Shown one piece after another: positions 36,470-50,751 of a stretch of DNA of 64,000 bases. Each line of letters opens with the position of its first letter. Within the stretch, counting starts at the first letter, position 1. A program made the translations under genes and the position numbers. The stretch comes from Octopus vulgaris. Lineage: Eukaryota. The stretch is from positions 139,872,001 through 139,936,000 of the forward strand of contig OX597814.1 in the NCBI GenBank assembly GCA_951406725.2, written 5' to 3'. Under the pieces are notes generated by a model, which had not been told where the DNA came from, did not search any database, and was given only the letters and a program-made list of their open reading frames with translations.

Positions 36470-39400
36470 CAAACTCTATTTCAACCCACAAGTACAAATC
36501 AAGAATCTTGCAAACCAAACACAAAAACAAAATTAATATTGTATATCTAGCAAAAACCTCTGCTTTAACATTAAGCCATAGAAATTTGTATCCTTTTTTG
36601 TTTTAATTCCTCTCTGCTGAAGCAAATTGAATGTTGGTTGTGTAAGGACATTTCCTTTGATTTCATCAGTTCATCAGTTTTAATTCTAGGTTTTCATCCT
36701 TCATGTTTCATATCATCCGCCCTTATCATAGTATGTTATTTCAATTTTTGTTGTATACCTCTTAACTGATTTAAAAATGGAAAACATGCTTTTCCCTTTG
36801 GATTGGCAGTCATTAGAGTGTCAAGACAAAATGCTTTGCAGTATTCATTCTGTCTCTTTACATTCTGAGTTCAATTCCTGCTTGGATCAACTTTGCCTTT
36901 TAACCTTTCAGGATAGATAAACCAAAGTATCAGTGAAGTACTGAGGTTGATGGTATCAGCTAACTCCCATCAAAATTGACTAAATCAGAAACCATTATTT
37001 ATGCTTTCAGCTTCTATATGTTAGCTTTTGTCCTCAAATCTAATTGCATAATTGTAATATTATTTACACTAGTAATCTGGGGACCTGAACTCATAAATGT
37101 AAATTTTGAATAAAATACAAACAATATTCCATCATCATACACATTTAACTGTCCTTCACATTCACCATGTAATTCTTGAAAGGAATTGTTTTAACAAGGT
37201 TTTGTTATTTTCCCAACATAGGTGTCTAAGTGCATTTGCACTCTAAATTATGAAAAACATCTGTACTTCAGACTTCTATTAATGCTATTGCAGTGACTCC
37301 TACTGCTCTTTTTTTTTTTTTTTGTTTCTATTATTTAATTTGAGATAAGGAAGATTAGTGTCCAAAGCCTTTTCATACCTTCCAAGATTGTTGGTTAGTA
37401 GTAGTAATATTACTGACTCAGAATCATTCTAAACTCTTAATAGTAATTGCTGCTGCTGTAGCAATGTAATAAGCTAAATATCTGAGCATGATATACATGT
37501 CATTCAATCTTTATTATTTCACGACACTGATTCTCAATGCTTCATACTCATGCCTGGGGCAATAGATGTTGCAATTGTATCATTGTTTAGTGAGGAGACT
37601 ACATAAATATTTGAGCATCAACTGTCAGGATTTATGTGTCTTTGTTTTTTTGTACTGAAGCCAACCAAATAGCAAGTGATTGCTTCCATTCATAGTATCA
37701 TAACAGCCAACAAAACTATTCAATTCAATTTGTCATTGTATACAAATACAACAAAATGTCATGGCTTCAAACCTTTCTGCAGTAATTCTATTATACTTGG
37801 TCAACAAGGCACATTAAGCTGCTTGCCCTAAACAACATATCAGAATAATAAGTACCAATCTCACTTCACAGCTGAGTGCTTATATATATATTTATTTATT
37901 TATTTATTTATTTACTTATTTACATTCGAAGGAACATTAAGCCATAAAGTTATATGCTTCAATAATTTCTTTGAAAATATTAAAATCTTTCAGAGCCATT
38001 TACACCTATTGCTAACTTAAGTATTAAAACTTTTTTTTAAGTGATATGATTTAACATGGAATCTTTAAGAAAAAGTTGAGAGGATGAAAAAATTAAAGAA
38101 AGGTACTGAGATATAAATGGAAATAAAACAAGATCTTTCTATACTTTTATGTTGTAGACCAGACTGATCTGAATGAATTTAGTTTATATTGGAAACATCA
38201 ACTGTTATAAGAAAGATGCCTGAGCATGAATAAATGTAGACTATTCCAACATTTCAACAGATAATCAAAAGTGCAGCTTTGAATAGCATTGATAATTACA
38301 ATGAGAAATTGCTATAAACTCTGGCTCAGCTAAATTTATTTACCACAGAAATTGATTTATAAGCAATAGCTTGTCTATGATATCATCTTCATTGTCATTA
38401 TTGTCATCAGTTTTAATATCTTTTTTTTTTTACAATGTTGGCACAAGTTGGAGAAGTTTACTGTACACAAAGAATAATAATATCCAAGTGCCCTTGTTCT
38501 TATCCTCTCTTTCACATATTTTCCATTCATTGTTTATCTGAGAAAATGGTTAAGCTATTAACAGAATTTATATTTCACTTGAATCAGATTAATATACTTT
38601 TGCATCTCAATTGCTGTCATTTTTATTATACAAGGATTAATTACCTTTTATTGACAAATATGAGAATCATAACGTATTCTGTTTAATTAGAAGAAACCAT
38701 GGCAAACAGTTTGAAAGTATGGTGGAAAAATGAAAATGAATGGATAATTGAAATGCTTTGTCGTTGTTATATAAATGGAACTAGAGTTTTATTACAGTCA
38801 GAACTATTTAGTCATAAATATTATCACCATCAGGATTATTTCAATGTCTGGTTTTTCCATGTTACTATAATTGTATGGGTTGATAATACAGTATATTTAC
38901 ATACATCTCAATTTAGCGTTATTTTTACTGTGATACCAATATTCTTTAATTCTTCTTCATACTTATTTCAATTACTTTCACATTTCATAGATTACAACCA
39001 ATACAACACAACATAACATTGTATGTATTAATCATCATCATCATCGTTTTAACATCTATATATTCTTCATCATCATCATCATCATTTTAAAATCTACGTT
39101 TTCATGTTTACACGGGACAGACAAGATTCATTGAGGCATATTTGCCATAGTCGTATGCTTCTCCTGTTACCAACCCTCTCTAAGCAAGGTAATATTTTCC
39201 CCTCATCCTTTGAACTCGAACAGCTCAATGGCCAGACCTGTTTTCCCTGAAGACTGCAAAGACCACCACTGACTGACAGTGACATTTATCTAAAATTAGG
39301 GTACAATGTCACATCAAGAAGACATGAACACACACACACACACAGCATCAACCACGTTCAGATGGTGCTTTTTTACATGCCACTGGCACAGGGAGCAAGT

Positions 39401-39639
39401 CAGGGGACACTGGCAATGACCCATGCATGAATGGTGCTTATTGTGTGCCACCAGCGCAAAAGCCAACAAATCATACATAACATATTACGCTCCAACTGCT
39501 GCTTGTTTATACATCATCATCATTTTAGCATCTACTTTTCCATGCTCACATGGGTTAGATAGAATTTGATGAAGCAGATATTCTATGGCCAAATGCCCTT
39601 CCTCCCCTCTCCATGCCACCAATGTTATCCAAGGGAAAG

Positions 39640-39822
39640 GCAAACATGAATACAGTTTGACACCAGTGACATCGCAACTCATTTCCACAGCTCAGTGAAC
39701 TGGAGCAATATGAAATAAAGTGTCTTGCTCAAAAACACAACATACAACCTGGTCCAAGAATTGAACTCACTAACCACATGATTGTAAATCCGACACTAAC
39801 TACTGAACTATGCACCTCCACA
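39640..39822 (-). mobile_element. SINE family D fragment
   Basis: TGAACTGGAGCAATATGAAATAAAGTGTCTTGCTCAAAAACACAAC. Confidence 0.6.
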
Positions 39823-41699
39823 ACGAAGATAGTAGTTAGTAGTTGTATAAATTTATGCTCAATTTGTGCCTTGCCTCCATATTATTCTTACTGCTGTCAT
39901 TAGTACTAAATTGGTTCTCAGTTAAAGTAAGCTGTCTTCATTATCATCATCAGTATCAATATGTCCTCTTTTCTATGCTTGCATGCAACAGACAGTTTGT
40001 AGAGGCAGGTTTTCTATAGTTGATGCACTCTCTGTCACTAGCCTTCACTTGTTTCTAAGCAAAACAACATATCCTCACGACCAGATATGTGTTCATGGAA
40101 CACTGGAAACAAATAACATTATTTATATGATAATGACACTTATTTATAACTATTACAAGATGCCAAGAAGTGTGCAAAAGAAATGTGAGATAGAGAAAGA
40201 GCACGTTTCCTTCCATTTCCATCTCCTAAATGTATTCACAGCCCATGGCTATAGTAGAAGACACTTACAGTAGTATATATTAATTTATGCATGATCCCCA
40301 TGTTAGTGCAATCTAATATATGTACAGTTTTGTCTATTTGTCGGTTATCTTGCAGTGGCATTGCAATTTTTATGTGGAGTTCACTGCATTTTTCCTATTC
40401 CCAATCTGCATATGGAAACAGGACTATTTCCTAGATGACATTACACTCTGATATGCTTGCTGTGTAATGATTACCTCCAGGGTTTTCAATTCTTCCACGT
40501 AGAAACTTCTTTTGCAGCATATGCATTAAGCTGCAATGAAATCAGATCAGCATATATTAACTTTCACAGATGTCAAAGTCTTGATTTCCATTGTAATGGC
40601 CCCAAGAACTAGAATAAAGACAATCAGACAGTGACTTCAAGCTATTTGTAATTGTTACCTTATATCTTCAGTAAGCTCACTGGCTGTCTCAGCCATACTT
40701 TCAGTTTCTTCAAAATATTTTCTCAATTTAATTCTCTTGCAGTTTCATCCAAACCAGGTCGTTAAGTATGATTGGTCAGCACCTTCTAAGACTATTGTTT
40801 TTTTTTTGTGTTAGGAAAGGCATCTAGCTATAGAAGCCATGCCAAAGCAGAGAGTGGAACATTGCACATTCCTCTAGCTTTCCAGCCCTTGTCAAACCAT
40901 CTAACCCATACTAGCATGGAAATCAAACATTAAATAATAATAATAATAATAATAATAATGATGATAATGGTGTGTGTACTCTTCTTTTCACATTCTACAA
41001 TGATTATTAACAAGCATCATCATCATACGAGTAATACTCATTTCCAGTCTTCTGTAGAAAAACATTTCTGGCTATGGGAAATATTACTTTGCTTTGAAAC
41101 ATGTGAGGGTTGTTTATGAGAGGGGCATCTGATCATAGAAAATCTGCATGAAAAAATTCTGTCTGACTCATGCAAGAATGATTCAAGACAATGTGAATAA
41201 ATAAGCATTACATTTGACAGAATAATCTGAATACTAAAAGGTTAAATGATGATGATGAACATGGAAGAAGGCAAAAACAAAGCATTAAATAGTGTACTAA
41301 GAGCTTCCATTGAGGACAAAAATTGTCTTTTTAAATCCTTCATATAGATGTTAGCTAAAAGAGGGCAATACCTGTAGCCCTTGTGGACCCTACCAGACTA
41401 AGGTGATTGATATAGTTGATTGATTAATGCCTGCAGTTTGATTTAGAAATATTGGGAAAGGAAATAGTTTACTGACCTTATTACATTATTATTAAAATGA
41501 AGAAAAATTATTCTTAGGAAGTGAGGCAAATTAGGAGAAACTAGTGAGATTGCAATGTTACTATCAGTGCGAATATGCTTGAGGCACGTTCGAATTGGGG
41601 AACAGGCTATTCACTACATTTTGTTATGGAGAATATATCTTGATTGTTGACAAATGGTGTGTATACACCTAGATCAGCTCACAGTGCCATCTATGTAGA

Positions 41700-41747
41700 C
41701 TGTGAGATGCTAGCATTTTGGAGTAGTTACCTCATCATCAGTCACAG
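41700..41747 (-). ncRNA. Type I hammerhead motif with one core substitution (GAAA to AAAA)
   Basis: Minus strand CTGTGA-CTGATGA-TGAG-GTAACTA-CTCC-AAAA-TGCTAGCA-TC-TCACAG: 6-bp stem I, palindromic stem III, AUC site. Confidence 0.7.
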
Positions 41748-42069
41748 ACACTAAGCAGTGCAAGCTGATCTAAGTGTATACATGTCATTTGTCAACAAGT
41801 GAAATATATTCTCTGTAGCAAAACGCAGTGAGTAGCTTATTCCCCAGTTCCCAACATGCATCAAGCTTATTCAGACTGATGATAAAATTGCAATTACTCT
41901 TATCACTGCTTAGCCTGCCCCCTAAACTGGAGAGAGTATTTGTATAAATATGATCATTGAAGTTGCTTAAAGAAATAGTACCAAAATGGTGTACTGTTGT
42001 ACAAATACACAGTTTTTTGGTATATGTGTGAAACGTTAGGAAACAAGTAGAGATGAACAGTAGGTCAGT

Positions 42070-42830
42070 AAACACATTGATTTGTCTTTTTTATGGCTTA
42101 GTCTGGAAGAGATGCTGTGCTTGAGACATTTAGAAGTCCTATGAAACTAATGGAGTTAGTATAGTTGATATTCACTGTGATTGTCTGTTGGTAGAACATG
42201 GGCAGTGAGAGAATTCCAGAGGTGTGACCTTTTAGGAAGGAAGGGTTGAGTATATTGGGTAGTGTGGAACCTATGGAAGGAATCATGGTTGAGGTGGCAT
42301 GGGAAAGAGAAGTAAATGTGTAAAGTGGAGGTGGTATATAACTAATTATATAAAAACGATGGTGAGCTGGCAGAAACGTTAGCACGCTGGGCGAAATGCG
42401 TAGCCGTATTTCGTCTGCCGTTACGTTCTGAGTTCAAATTCTGCCGAGGTTGACTTTGCCTTTCATCCTTTCGGGGTCAATAAATTAAGTACCAGTTATG
42501 CACTGGGGTCGATATAATTGACTTAATCCGTTTGTCTGTCCTTGTTTGTCCTCTCTGTGTTTAGCCCCTTGTGGGTAGTAAAGAAATAGGTATATAACTA
42601 ATTATAGTTCAGTGGAGTAGAGGCTATTGTAGTTGTGATAGAATTATTGGAGGAAAAGAAACAGGAGATAATACATTTCTGGACCAGTAATGTGTTTGTG
42701 TTGTTGTCAATCAATTGTATAACCATCTTTTAATTGCAGTCTAGGGTACGTGTTAGGGGAATGTGGAAAGAAATATAAGGGTAGACTAAAGAGAGGTTAT
42801 GAAGATGATAAAGAAATAGGATAGACGCAG
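42070..42830 (-). mobile_element. CR1/Jockey-group LINE 3' remnant split by a SINE
   Basis: Broken frames give YNSLYSTEL, IPPPL, YTQPFLPKRSHLWNSL. Confidence 0.45.
42351..42588 (+). mobile_element. Young full-length SINE family B with 18-bp TSD
   Basis: TSD GGTATATAACTAATTATA at 42333-42350 and 42589-42606; B-box-like GAGTTCAAATTC; CpGs retained. Confidence 0.92.
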
Positions 42831-44149
42831 TTAAATTGCCTTCACAGATATGTTCTGATATGTTGGGGCTTTTTGTTTGTTTCTTTTTGGTCTTTCAAGT
42901 TAAAGGTACCTCACTAGTGCTGGTGGCACAGAAAAAGCACCCAGTTTGCACTTTGAAGTGGTTGGCATTAGAATGACTTCCAACCATAAAAACTGCACCA
43001 AAGCTGATATTGGAGGTCAACACAGCACTGCTGCTTGCCAAACTGTCCAGCTTGGAAAACAGGTGTTAAATGAAAATGATGATGATTATCTTGTGAAGCA
43101 AATGAATAACTATTTAAGATTTAAATTATTTGTAGCTGGGGTTTTACCATCTAATATTCAGGTACAATTTGTAATCACAATATTAGCAGTTGAAAAATAA
43201 GTATATCAGAGAAAATAAGATGGTTCTCAATGAATGTACAAGTTTAATTGAATTTCTATTTGATGTACTTCAATTTGTTTTTCATTCAGTCACTAAATAA
43301 AATGAATTCAGTTTTCAAAGTTTCTCTTCATAACTCTACTGTTTGGCAGAAATAAAAAAAAAAAAAAAAGTAAGAAAGAAGAGAATTATGTATCTGTTTA
43401 TTCTTTTCTTCCTTTCTCTCTCTCTTTCTTTCTTACTTTTTCTGTTGTTGTTGTTTTTGTTTATAGCTGTAAGGGATTTTGTGACATGCTAAGATATTTC
43501 CCTTTCAGAATCTGTTTTCTCTGCATGCAAGAAATATTTACTGGAAATTACACAATATTATTTATGAAATTAAATTTTGCTTGTAATTTTTTTTGCAAAA
43601 CTCATGCAAATAGCTGATGTATTTAAATATTTTTTTTATAGATTTGCTTTTAAATCATCCAATAAATATAGTTAAAAAATAGAAAATCTTTAATTATTAT
43701 TCATTTTCTGCTAATACATCCATTTTCTTTAAATTATTTAAAATATTTCTGTTTCATGTCTTACAGTGTTAAATCTTTTCAGATTTTAAAATTTTAAATA
43801 AACTTCAAGATCCATAAAAATCTTTCACAAATATGAAAATAATTATATTTTATTAAAAAGAAGTTTCATTTATTAAATCAATAAATTAATTTCTTAAATA
43901 TAAAATTTATCTATGCATCATATTCCTCTCTGAGACACAAATTTCTCTTTCTTTGTCTCTAAAATACAGTGTATTTGAGCTTTGCTCTGAAAAATAGTAC
44001 AACTTAGCTAACTTAGAAAGATTTTGGCCATTATTGGTCCAGGCCACATCTAACTTAATAGCACCACCCGGAGTAGTCTTTTAAATTGTTGTTTTAGGAC
44101 ATCATTGCCCACATGTGTAGAGAATTGTTTACCAAGTTGTATGCAATTA

Positions 44150-44600
44150 TCTGTGGTTTGTTTGGTATTTCTTGGAGGAATTTGTTATGATAATGTTTGA
44201 ATGTTAGAGGGTCTTTTTCTTCTTTGATTCCTTTCAGAATAATGTTGAATAGGGCAGAACCAGCTGAGGTAAGAAGAAAAATAAAAATTGTGTTGCAATG
44301 TTGTTATAAGATGTGAACTTAGATTTTTGGAGAGAGAATGTGGCTCTGGAGCCAAGTATTGAGGGACTTCTGAATGGGATGCTAGCATTTTTGGACAGTG
44401 TTGATGGAATATTTTTCCCATGTTGTACAAATGCTGCAGTACTCACAGCAACGCTGGAGAGAGTAAAGTTTGAGCTTTTTGAGACAATCCCATTTGTCAA
44501 GGCCTATCATGCCATTTATGTTTTTCTTTGTGATCGATTTCTTCAGTGCTTCAGCTCTCATAATGTTTTGTTTTATGTAAGGAGTGGGCAGTAACATTCA
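44150..44600 (-). mobile_element. CR1-clade LINE C-terminal remnant
   Basis: KKSITKKNINGMIGLDKWDCLKKLKLYSLQRCCE...LFNII...FK...NKFLQEIPNKP. Confidence 0.7.
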
Positions 44601-45319
44601 AGGGGAAACCTGGCAAACCTTGAGATGATGGTTTCAAGATCTCTGGACTGAAAAGTTCTAAGAATCATGTTATCATCACATACATAGAATTCACTCACTT
44701 CATCATTTGTCTTTTTCTTCTGGGTTTTAGCAGTAACTGTTACCTATTATTCTGGCTCATTCTCTTCACGTTACTCTGGCTCACCTGCTGTCTCTACTGT
44801 TCTCTAAATTCCAATGGTCTCCAACTCATCAGAAAAGGTTGACTAACTGAAATTGTCCTCTTAAGTATCTTCCTTTACATTCCACATACACCAAAGACTA
44901 AAACCACTGAACAAATGGCTACTACTACTCCGGTAACATCTATTCCTTTAAACTAGCTAACCACCTATCCCACTCCATCCAGTCACATCTGACCCACCTG
45001 AAATTTTAAAATCTGAAATGATTTAGTATTGCAAGCCATAAAACAAATATTTTAAGCAAAATTTGCAGGAAATAATTAATAATTGAATAAAGATTTCACA
45101 TTTTTAAACATAGTTATTGAATGATTTAGAGGAAGCCCTTGAAAATATTTAAAAACATTAGGTTTTGTTGAAAATTCTTTTTACAAAATTTAGTTTCAGA
45201 AATAAATTGGTGTAATTTTCTGTAAATATTGCTTACACACAGAGAAAACAGATTTTGAAAAGGTAAACATCTTAGAAACACTTCATCTATATATCTTTCT
45301 GTCTCACCTCCTAGATTCT

Positions 45320-45500
45320 GCAATAAACATTTTTCTCAATGTTACTACCTCAGAACTACAACCATCTGGGACTCTTTTTCCACTTACATGTTTGCTGAAG
45401 ATATTGACCTACTGATTTTCAAACTGAATAGAAGCCTCATTAATCTCACCAGTCTGAAGAGAGACTGCAAAGGTCATGGGTACTTCCACTTCTCCATTGA
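45320..45500 (+). mobile_element. CR1/Jockey-group LINE 3' end
   Basis: FSQCYYLRTTTIWDS...FAEDIDL..FK; the CACCAGTCTGA...CTGCAA.GGTCATGGG tail is shared with 25470-25505. Confidence 0.5.
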
Positions 45501-45937
45501 CTAACTTAAAGAAAACACACAAAGCAACAACAAAACAAAAAAAACTCTCATTATTGATATCTTACTTGAAAATTGATTTCTGTTCTTTATTTTTGTCTTC
45601 TTAACACTGTCCTACAGTTTTTCAAATTGTAGCATTTTTCATTCTGTGGCTGAAAAAAATCAATGAAAGTAATTTTGAACACACCAAATATATTTAACGA
45701 GAACAAGAGAAACAAATGTGCTGTGAATTTTGAAACTCTATGTTTCATTGGTTGCATTGTAATTGATAGTGTGCTTTTTGTATTCCTTTAATGTTACATT
45801 TTTGGTTAACTGAAGTTTTCTTCTTTTGGTGGGAAGAATGTGGAAGCAGAAGCATGTATTTATAATTTTGATTCAACTTCTCTTGACTCATTAAAATTTG
45901 TACTATTGCTATCAAAATTATAATATGCATTTACGAT

Positions 45938-45939
<2 letters not shown>

Positions 45940-45987
<48 letters not shown>

Positions 45988-46048
45988 GGTAAGACAACAA
46001 AAGAAAGAAAGAGACCTCGATATCATGTAAATAGAGGAATTTATCTGT

Positions 46049-46107
<59 letters not shown>
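45940..46107. repeat. Two (TA)n tracts flanking a ~68-bp insert
   Basis: Read directly. Confidence 0.85.
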
Positions 46108-46110
<3 letters not shown>

Positions 46111-46274
46111 GGAGCAATTTAGGGATTATTGATTATTTTGGGTTAATTGCTTCATTAGGTGGGTTGTAAATATGTATTTTAAACTGTTATGAGTTAGGAG
46201 GAGAAATATAGCATTTCATTTAAAATGACTCTACTGCTGTTAACAATAACAACAGCTATAATAATTGTTTCATA

Positions 46275-46466
46275 TTTAGGCACAAGGCCAGCTATTTTGA
46301 GAGGAGGGGCTAAGTTGATTACATCAACCAGAGTACTTGAATGATAATTTTATTTTATCAACCCTGAAAAGATGAAGAGCAAAGTTAACCTTGGCAGGAT
46401 CTGAACTCAAAAGATAAAAATTCTGCTAAGCATTTTGCCCAATGTGCATATGATTCTGCCAGCTCA
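46275..46466 (-). mobile_element. SINE family B (diverged)
   Basis: GAAAAGATGAAGAGCAAAGTTAACC...GATTCTGCCAGCTC. Confidence 0.65.
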
Positions 46467-48213
46467 ATAATAATGATTTCTTGATTAGCCACAAGAATCC
46501 ATGTATGTGTGTACATTGTACACACATAAACAAAATATTAAAATGAAGGTAGGGATTACAAAAATATTTAGGTATAGACTAGATGAAGTTACACAGGAAC
46601 AGGAGGATGTTAGACAATGACCATATTAAAAATATAAGGATTAAAGAATACAATAGATATACAATTATATAGCAATAATTAAAACAAGAAATAATTTTAA
46701 AAATTAAAACAATTTATGTGTCTTGCTCACATATAACTAAGGAGTATCTCTCATTCTACCTGCCATTTATTATACTGAAACTAAGGGGCAGGCATGTCTC
46801 ATATTACCTCTGCTTGTAACTTCACTTTGTACTTGATTCCAAATACTTGGATGGCTTTTCTTCTTGATCAAGGAATAACATACTAGCCTACAACTTTTTA
46901 TGTGTCTTTTCCCTAATGAATAACTTGACACGCACGCATGCATGCACATACACACACAGAGAAAAAGCAATAACTTTATTACAAATAATGGTGGCAATAT
47001 TGATATAAATATTTTCAACATAAAGTCAAGCAACAACAATGTCATATATACAGTAATAACTCACTTTACGAGAACCCACTTTACAAGTTTTATTTTTCAA
47101 GTACAAGATCCAAATTTTGAATAAGTGTAACTTCCAATGTGCCCTCAAAGAAGCAACTGAAGGAACTCCTGGACAAGTTATTGTCCATTGGTTTTGTACT
47201 TGCTTGTTCTTGAAACAGTTTCTCAGGTAAGAAGGTACACTCTTTTGCAATACATTGCCACCACATTTTCCTTTTATTTATTTATTTATTTTAACCAACT
47301 GGGATATATCTATGCCTGTACATTTTTCAGCTGATTGTGCTAAAAAAAAAATGCTTTCAGTGTTATGGGAAATTAATAAGGTGCTAATATAACATTTTGA
47401 CTAAAACCTGCTCTCATTTTAACCAGTGATTTTGTGTCAAGTATGCAAATAGATATATGGACACAAACATGCAAGCTGTAAAGTTACATGAATGCCTCAT
47501 AGTTTAAGGGTTTCATACATGACACTTAACAAAAGTTCTGTTTTTCCTCTTTGTTCCACTAATCTGATGTGCATGCACATATGTGTTTGTCAGTAATGGG
47601 CTTTTGAACAGCTTTCTTCTGTTAAATTCTAAAACATAGGTGGTCTTTAAACTAATCTGTTGGAGAAAAGAGAAATTTAAAGGAATTAAAAATATGTAAT
47701 GTATTATTTGAAACTGAAACTATTTTTCAATCTTATAAGCTTTGCTTAATCATTAAATTTTCCTTGCATATTTTTACATTTATATATGAGAATTTTTTGA
47801 TAAATCAATTTAGTGAAATAAGTTTTGTGAGCTCAATTGTCATAATGTTGACAATAGTTTTATGGTCACAACAGTAACAAATCCTTTTTTCTCCTCTTAG
47901 CCTTATTTCAACATGGCTATTTGTATTGGAGTAGAAGGAAGAGTTTGCTTGTCACAGTGTTGGTAGCACCAATATAAACTAATACGCCCCACAGCCAAAC
48001 ATTCGTGAAAATCAAAATATTAGCACAGATTTTTAAATATAGGGAAAAGACACATAAAAAGAAGACTAGCAACAATGAATAACTTGACACGCACGCATGC
48101 ATGCACAGAGAGAGAGAGAGAGAGAAAAAGCAATAACTTTATTACAAATAATGGTGGCAATATTGATATAAATATTTTCAACATAAAGTCAAGCAACAGC
48201 AATGTCATATATA

Positions 48214-48756
48214 CAGTAATAACTCACTTTACGAGTCACCACTTTACAAATTTTATTTTTCATGTACAAGATCCAAATTTTGAATAAAGTGCAAAAGTTT
48301 CTACTACCATAGCAAATGCTTCTGCGTGTTACTGAGAAATTTATAGAGGGCAAAAAAAAAAGCTTCTTAGCAAACAATTCTAGACTTGGTTTTTAAAAAG
48401 AAATCTACAGGTCCGTTCTATGAGTGCTTGTGAATCAGTGATCGCATTTACAAGTGATGGTGTGCATGAGTCTAGTGTGAGTGAAAGTGATTCAGAAAAT
48501 GATTATAATAATAATATTTTTTATTATAAATGATCTTGACATTCTTTTTACTTTACATAAAATATTCTTTAAATTCTACTGTTGTTTTTTTGCATTTATT
48601 TACAAGTATTATAAATTTTATAGGCAAAATATTTTTATGGGAATGAATTACAATTTATAACATTGCTACTATGAGAAATAATTGCTCTGCTTTACAAGTT
48701 TTTGCTTTATGAGTAGTCTCCAAGAACAAACAGACTTATATATCGAGGCATTACTG
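48214..48756. mobile_element. Tigger/pogo-type MITE
   Basis: TA|CAGTAATAACTC ... GAGGCATTACTG|TA imperfect TIRs with TA TSD. Confidence 0.7.
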
Positions 48757-49509
48757 TACACACACATTTTGCAGAGAGTAAATGTTAAAGGTTTTGGAAG
48801 CTATTTTGTTAATATTCTTTCTCTACTTCCCCAAACGTTTATGGACATAAATAAATCCCAGTGTGGAAAACAAACAAAAATGTGGTGGTGGTGTAGTGCA
48901 AAGGTAGGTATTTCCTTGCCTGAGGAAATGGTCCAAGAACAGACAAAGAGATAAAGAGATATACCTCTTTCTTCCAAAGAGTGGAATTAAGTGTAACTTT
49001 CAATGTACCCTCAAAGAAGCAACTAAAGGAACTCCTGGATAAGTTATTGTCCATTGGTCAGAAAAAAAAAATCATACAGATGTATCTTGCTTGTATTAAG
49101 AATCAAGAGTATGGTGTGGAATAGTATGAGACATGTCTGCCCATAGTTTGTACCTTAATACACATGCAGCACAATTTGAGTGCAAAAGACAGGAGCATTG
49201 CTATGATATTAGCCCTGGCATATTATCACCTTTGTAGTGCAGTTATGTGCAAGCTGCAGTGGGAGAGGTCACAAACACTGGCCTTCAAAAACCACATAGC
49301 AAATTCCAGAGCTGTGCCCTGTCATGCAGTTAGAGAAATGGCAAGAGGTCAAAGCTGTTGGGTGTCCTAGCCCAATCTAGTGTGTATGTGGACAGGTTAG
49401 CCTTTCTGTTCTTTATGCTTGTTTTTCTTTTTAAATTATATATTTTTTTAATGATCATGTTTTATATAATTTATTTTTAAATTTGACTATTTAGTGATAT
49501 CTTTCATAT

Positions 49510-50040
49510 TTTACTTGTTTTAGTCATTAGACTGTGGCCATGCTGGGACACTACTTTCAAGGGTTTAATCAACAACTTGATCCCAGTACTTATTTTAAAA
49601 TCTGGTACTTATTCAATCAGTCTCTTTTGCTAGACTGCTAAGTTGTAGGGATGTTAACACACCAACACCATCGTCAGGCAATGGTGAGGTACACACAAAC
49701 ACATTTATATGATAGGCTTCCTCACAGTTTCCATCTATCAAATTCACTCACAAGGTATTGGTCTATAGTGGAAGACATTTGCCCAAGATACTGTACAGTC
49801 TAATTTAGCATGGTTTCTAACACCAACTACTCTGAGAGTGTAATTGGTGCTTTTACGTGCCACCAGCATGGGTGCCATGTGCGTGACACCAGTATCCGCC
49901 ACAACTGCAATTTTACTTGGTTCGATAGGTCTTCTTCTCAAGCACGATATAATGCCAAAGGTCTCGGTCATTCATCATAGCCTCCGTGAGACCCTACACT
50001 TGAAAGGAGCTTTTGAGGCCCAACACTCAAAAGGAGCTTT
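49510..50040 (-). mobile_element. Adjacent antisense SINE family A (49510-49800) and family C (49808-50040)
   Basis: Family-diagnostic segments in reverse complement. Confidence 0.65.
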
Positions 50041-50751
50041 TATAAAGACTATTTTAACAAAATTTCAATATGTGTTAGGAAGCTTGGTATTTCTGATGGC
50101 AGATTTTGGTGTATAGAATGAGATTCAGTTATTGTTGTACAATTTTTTGGCATCATCTAACTTTTCTCTAAATGCCTTGGGTGTATACAGTACATCTATT
50201 TATTTATTTATTTGTATGGTATGTATACATGTGTGTTTGTGCATTTACACCTCTAGAATATAATGTTATGTACATGGTTACCTTTTTTTCTTTTTATTTG
50301 TATTGTTTATAGTAATTTTTAGATCTTACTTAATATCTGCAGGTGTCTTTTTCTTGCGTTTTTTTTTTTTTTTTATCAGTTTCAACCTGCTTATTAATGT
50401 TAGATAGTTTTCATGCTGTTTTTCCTAATGGCAAAAATCAGTAAGAATTCTACCACGTCAATGATTTTTATGCTGTATTTAGATCTTAAAGGTGCTTCTG
50501 TTGTTACCTTGTATTTTGGAAACAGTACAAACTGGAAGATTTTGACAAAAAAAAAAAAAAAAAATTGAAATATTTGAAAAGCACACAAGTATAAGAGTTT
50601 TCAATAAGTTAATAAGGTATTAGTTTCCATGTTAATAATTATTAGACTTGTCTGTTTCTGGACATAATTCTGGATGTTTAAAGTTGTAGCTTCATGCAAA
50701 ATGTAGCTTTCCATTGAAGTTAGTTATTTTATGTCACCAGGTGACTATCAT

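Noticed and set aside
40330-40760. RTE RT/zinc-finger-like remnant (minus strand)
   Set aside because: Only a PVSICRLGIG-like patch fits; insufficient.
44238-44268. 31-nt micro-exon with strong splice sites (IMLNRAEPAE), and ORF 44313-44594
   Set aside because: Both lie antisense within the CR1 LINE remnant; exonisation would need RNA evidence.
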